Below, piece after piece: positions 61,942 through 64,000 of a stretch of 64,000 nucleotides of DNA. How positions within the stretch are numbered: the first letter of the stretch is position 1; the number at the start of each line of letters is the position of its first letter. The notes under the pieces were generated by a model. The model worked only from the letters and a program-made list of their open reading frames with translations. It was not told where the DNA came from and made no database searches. The translations under genes were made by a program, and so were the position numbers. Origin of the DNA: Ophelia neglecta (lineage: Eukaryota); assembly GCA_965285935.1 (NCBI GenBank), contig OZ260662.1, positions 35,340,001 to 35,404,000 of the forward strand, written 5' to 3'.

Positions 61942-63043
61942 CATAGATATAGGGAATACATAGATTCGAAGCAAGTAGTATTTCTGGCTGGCCTTTGCCC
62001 TGCGAGATTTGAACGGGGTTTCGTGAGATACGGCTGCGAGATTTAGGGACCATTGATTGAATCATAACTTAGCTTCTGTTCCAGCCAATAATTCATCACT
62101 TTCATCAACATTTCCGATGGATATGACGGATGATCGTAGTTAAAAATTATGTCATTCACATCAGCATATAAAACAGCTTACAGACAAGATAAAATCCAAG
62201 ATTTTACTCCAATTTAACAGCAGTCAAAGGGCAATTTCGCTACGATGCGATGTCAATGGCTTCAACTGCACATACATGTACATGTAGATATAAACACACG
62301 AATCCAGAATATATGTTACAGAAAAGAATATATAAGAGCCAGCCTCGTGTAGTTTTTTGAATCATTTGTCTCAATTATTAGAGAATCATAATAATAAGAA
62401 TAGAATATGCTATTAAGATGTTAACTTTTGTCTATAGTCATTCTAGTTTGGCCATTTTTCTCCCACCTTTAGTTCAGCCAGGCCTATCTGGCCGAGCAAA
62501 TCCTCGAATGTATTGTTGTTCAACATTATATTTTACAGAAAAGAATATATAATTGCTAGCCTCATGTAGTCTTTTGTATCATTTGCCTCCATTATTAGAG
62601 AATCATAATAATTAGAATAGAATATGCTATTAAGATATTAACTTTTGTCTATAGTGATTCTAGTTTGGCCATTTTTCTCCCACATTTAGTTCAGACAAGC
62701 CTATCTGGCTGAGCAAATCCTCAAATGTATGTTCCACAATATATGTTACAGAAAAGAAGATAAAATAGCTAGCCTCATGCAGTCTTTTGAATCATTTTCC
62801 TCAATTATTAGAGAATCATAATAATGAGAATTGAATAGGCTATTAAGATGTTAACCTTTGTCTATAGTCATTCTAGGTTGGCCATTTTTCTCCCACCTTT
62901 AGTTCAGCCATGACTATCTGGTTTGTGTGTTTTGGATACAAGAGGCGACACCTAGCGGAAATTTTCCAAACTGCTAGAGTGAGGCTAAGGCCTTATAATG
63001 GCGCTAATGGCAGTTGCTAATCTATGGATTATATATATCTATG
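61942..63043. mobile_element. P-element-like non-autonomous transposon with an internal ~215-bp tandem array (~3 copies, ~62310-62920)
   Basis: Imperfect TIRs CATAGATATAGGGAATACATAGATT and AATCTATGGATTATATATATCTATG. The 7-bp TSD ATACCAT occurs at 61935-61941 and 63044-63050. Confidence 0.82.
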
Positions 63044-64000
63044 ATACCATGGAAAAGCCGGGAACAATAAACTGCCCTTTAAAAGTTGGAAATGCAAACA
63101 AATATTTAAGTAAAATAGCTGCAAAAGGATTGACTATAAAGTCAGCCATGTATTTGTATGGTAAATATTGATAATATGTACATTTTTTATAGAGCATTAC
63201 TTTCCTACACTGTTATTGTGTTATTGTATATAGATCTCTAAAGTGTTTCTGTTTTTCTAAAGATTATTTTTCAATGTTAAAGTAGCATTCATTTCATATT
63301 TTCAAAATGGTCATACTAGGAAAAATTCAGGATGTTCTTTATGATAGGAAGCTGGTTATTCCACTCTGGGCACAATTATAGTCTTGCCAGATTATGCTGA
63401 TAGAAATAAAATTATTTATAAACCTATTTTAGTATGTATGTTTTTCTTCCATGGTTGACCTCATGATAGAATTAAAAATTCCATATGTTTATTTATAAAC
63501 CAATTTATCTTGGTTCAGCACTTAACTGAGGCGTGGTGCTTGTTATCACACATTAAGAATATTTGTAGGTTAACTCTGTTAAGTTAACATAATGATTAAT
63601 ATATTGTGTATAAATATATATGAGAATTTTATGCACATATCATATTTTATTTGATATAATGATATAATAGAAGACTCATATTTTTCATTTTTAATGGTTT
63701 ATACAAATTAACATTTGTGTCAAACCTTGGGATGCACCTATATTGGGTTGTCAAAGTTCCCTTATAAAACATTTTATGAAAACCCCAAACTAATCTATAA
63801 CCCAGCCTTACTCTAAAACTAAAGGTGTGTCATTTATTAAATATCCAACTTTAATATATTCGACCATTTATGGTACTGGTACTAAACTAATTACTCCATG
63901 ATGAAAGCTATTAAAGCTTTTCATTTTGAACAGTAAAGAAAGGCCTTTGTCCCAAAGTTTTGGATGATGCAGTAGATGAAATGTTTACGGACTATGGCGT

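Overview
Eukaryotic, AT-rich, intron-rich invertebrate genomic DNA (probably lophotrochozoan, judged from protein and repeat styles; not provable from this window) with one assembly gap (36428-36579). Six protein-coding genes were reconstructed by hand. Minus strand: USP48 (26 coding exons, ~1055 aa), a 3-exon secreted meteorin-N-domain-like protein with a very acidic tail that the ORF track shows only in pieces (195 aa), an intronless ankyrin-repeat/SOCS-box protein, and BRF2. Plus strand: an intronless, Bacteroidetes-type diaminopimelate epimerase (dapF) and mitochondrial alanyl-tRNA synthetase (22 coding exons, ~989 aa), which lies head-to-head with BRF2. Introns and intergenic DNA hold many non-autonomous DNA transposons, two of them carrying internal ~200-bp satellites, plus a decayed LINE RT fragment. 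Main points of interest: (1) an apparently domesticated, horizontally acquired dapF whose putative spliced leader contains a uORF resembling the polyamine-sensing uCC of ODC/antizyme-inhibitor mRNAs, followed by a G-U-rich hairpin; (2) a ~77-copy 38-bp satellite that appears to have grown from a GC-AG splice donor, with the donor weakened in most copies; (3) a ~165-nt run of four back-to-back hairpins, three rich in G-U pairs, that looks like a structured RNA.
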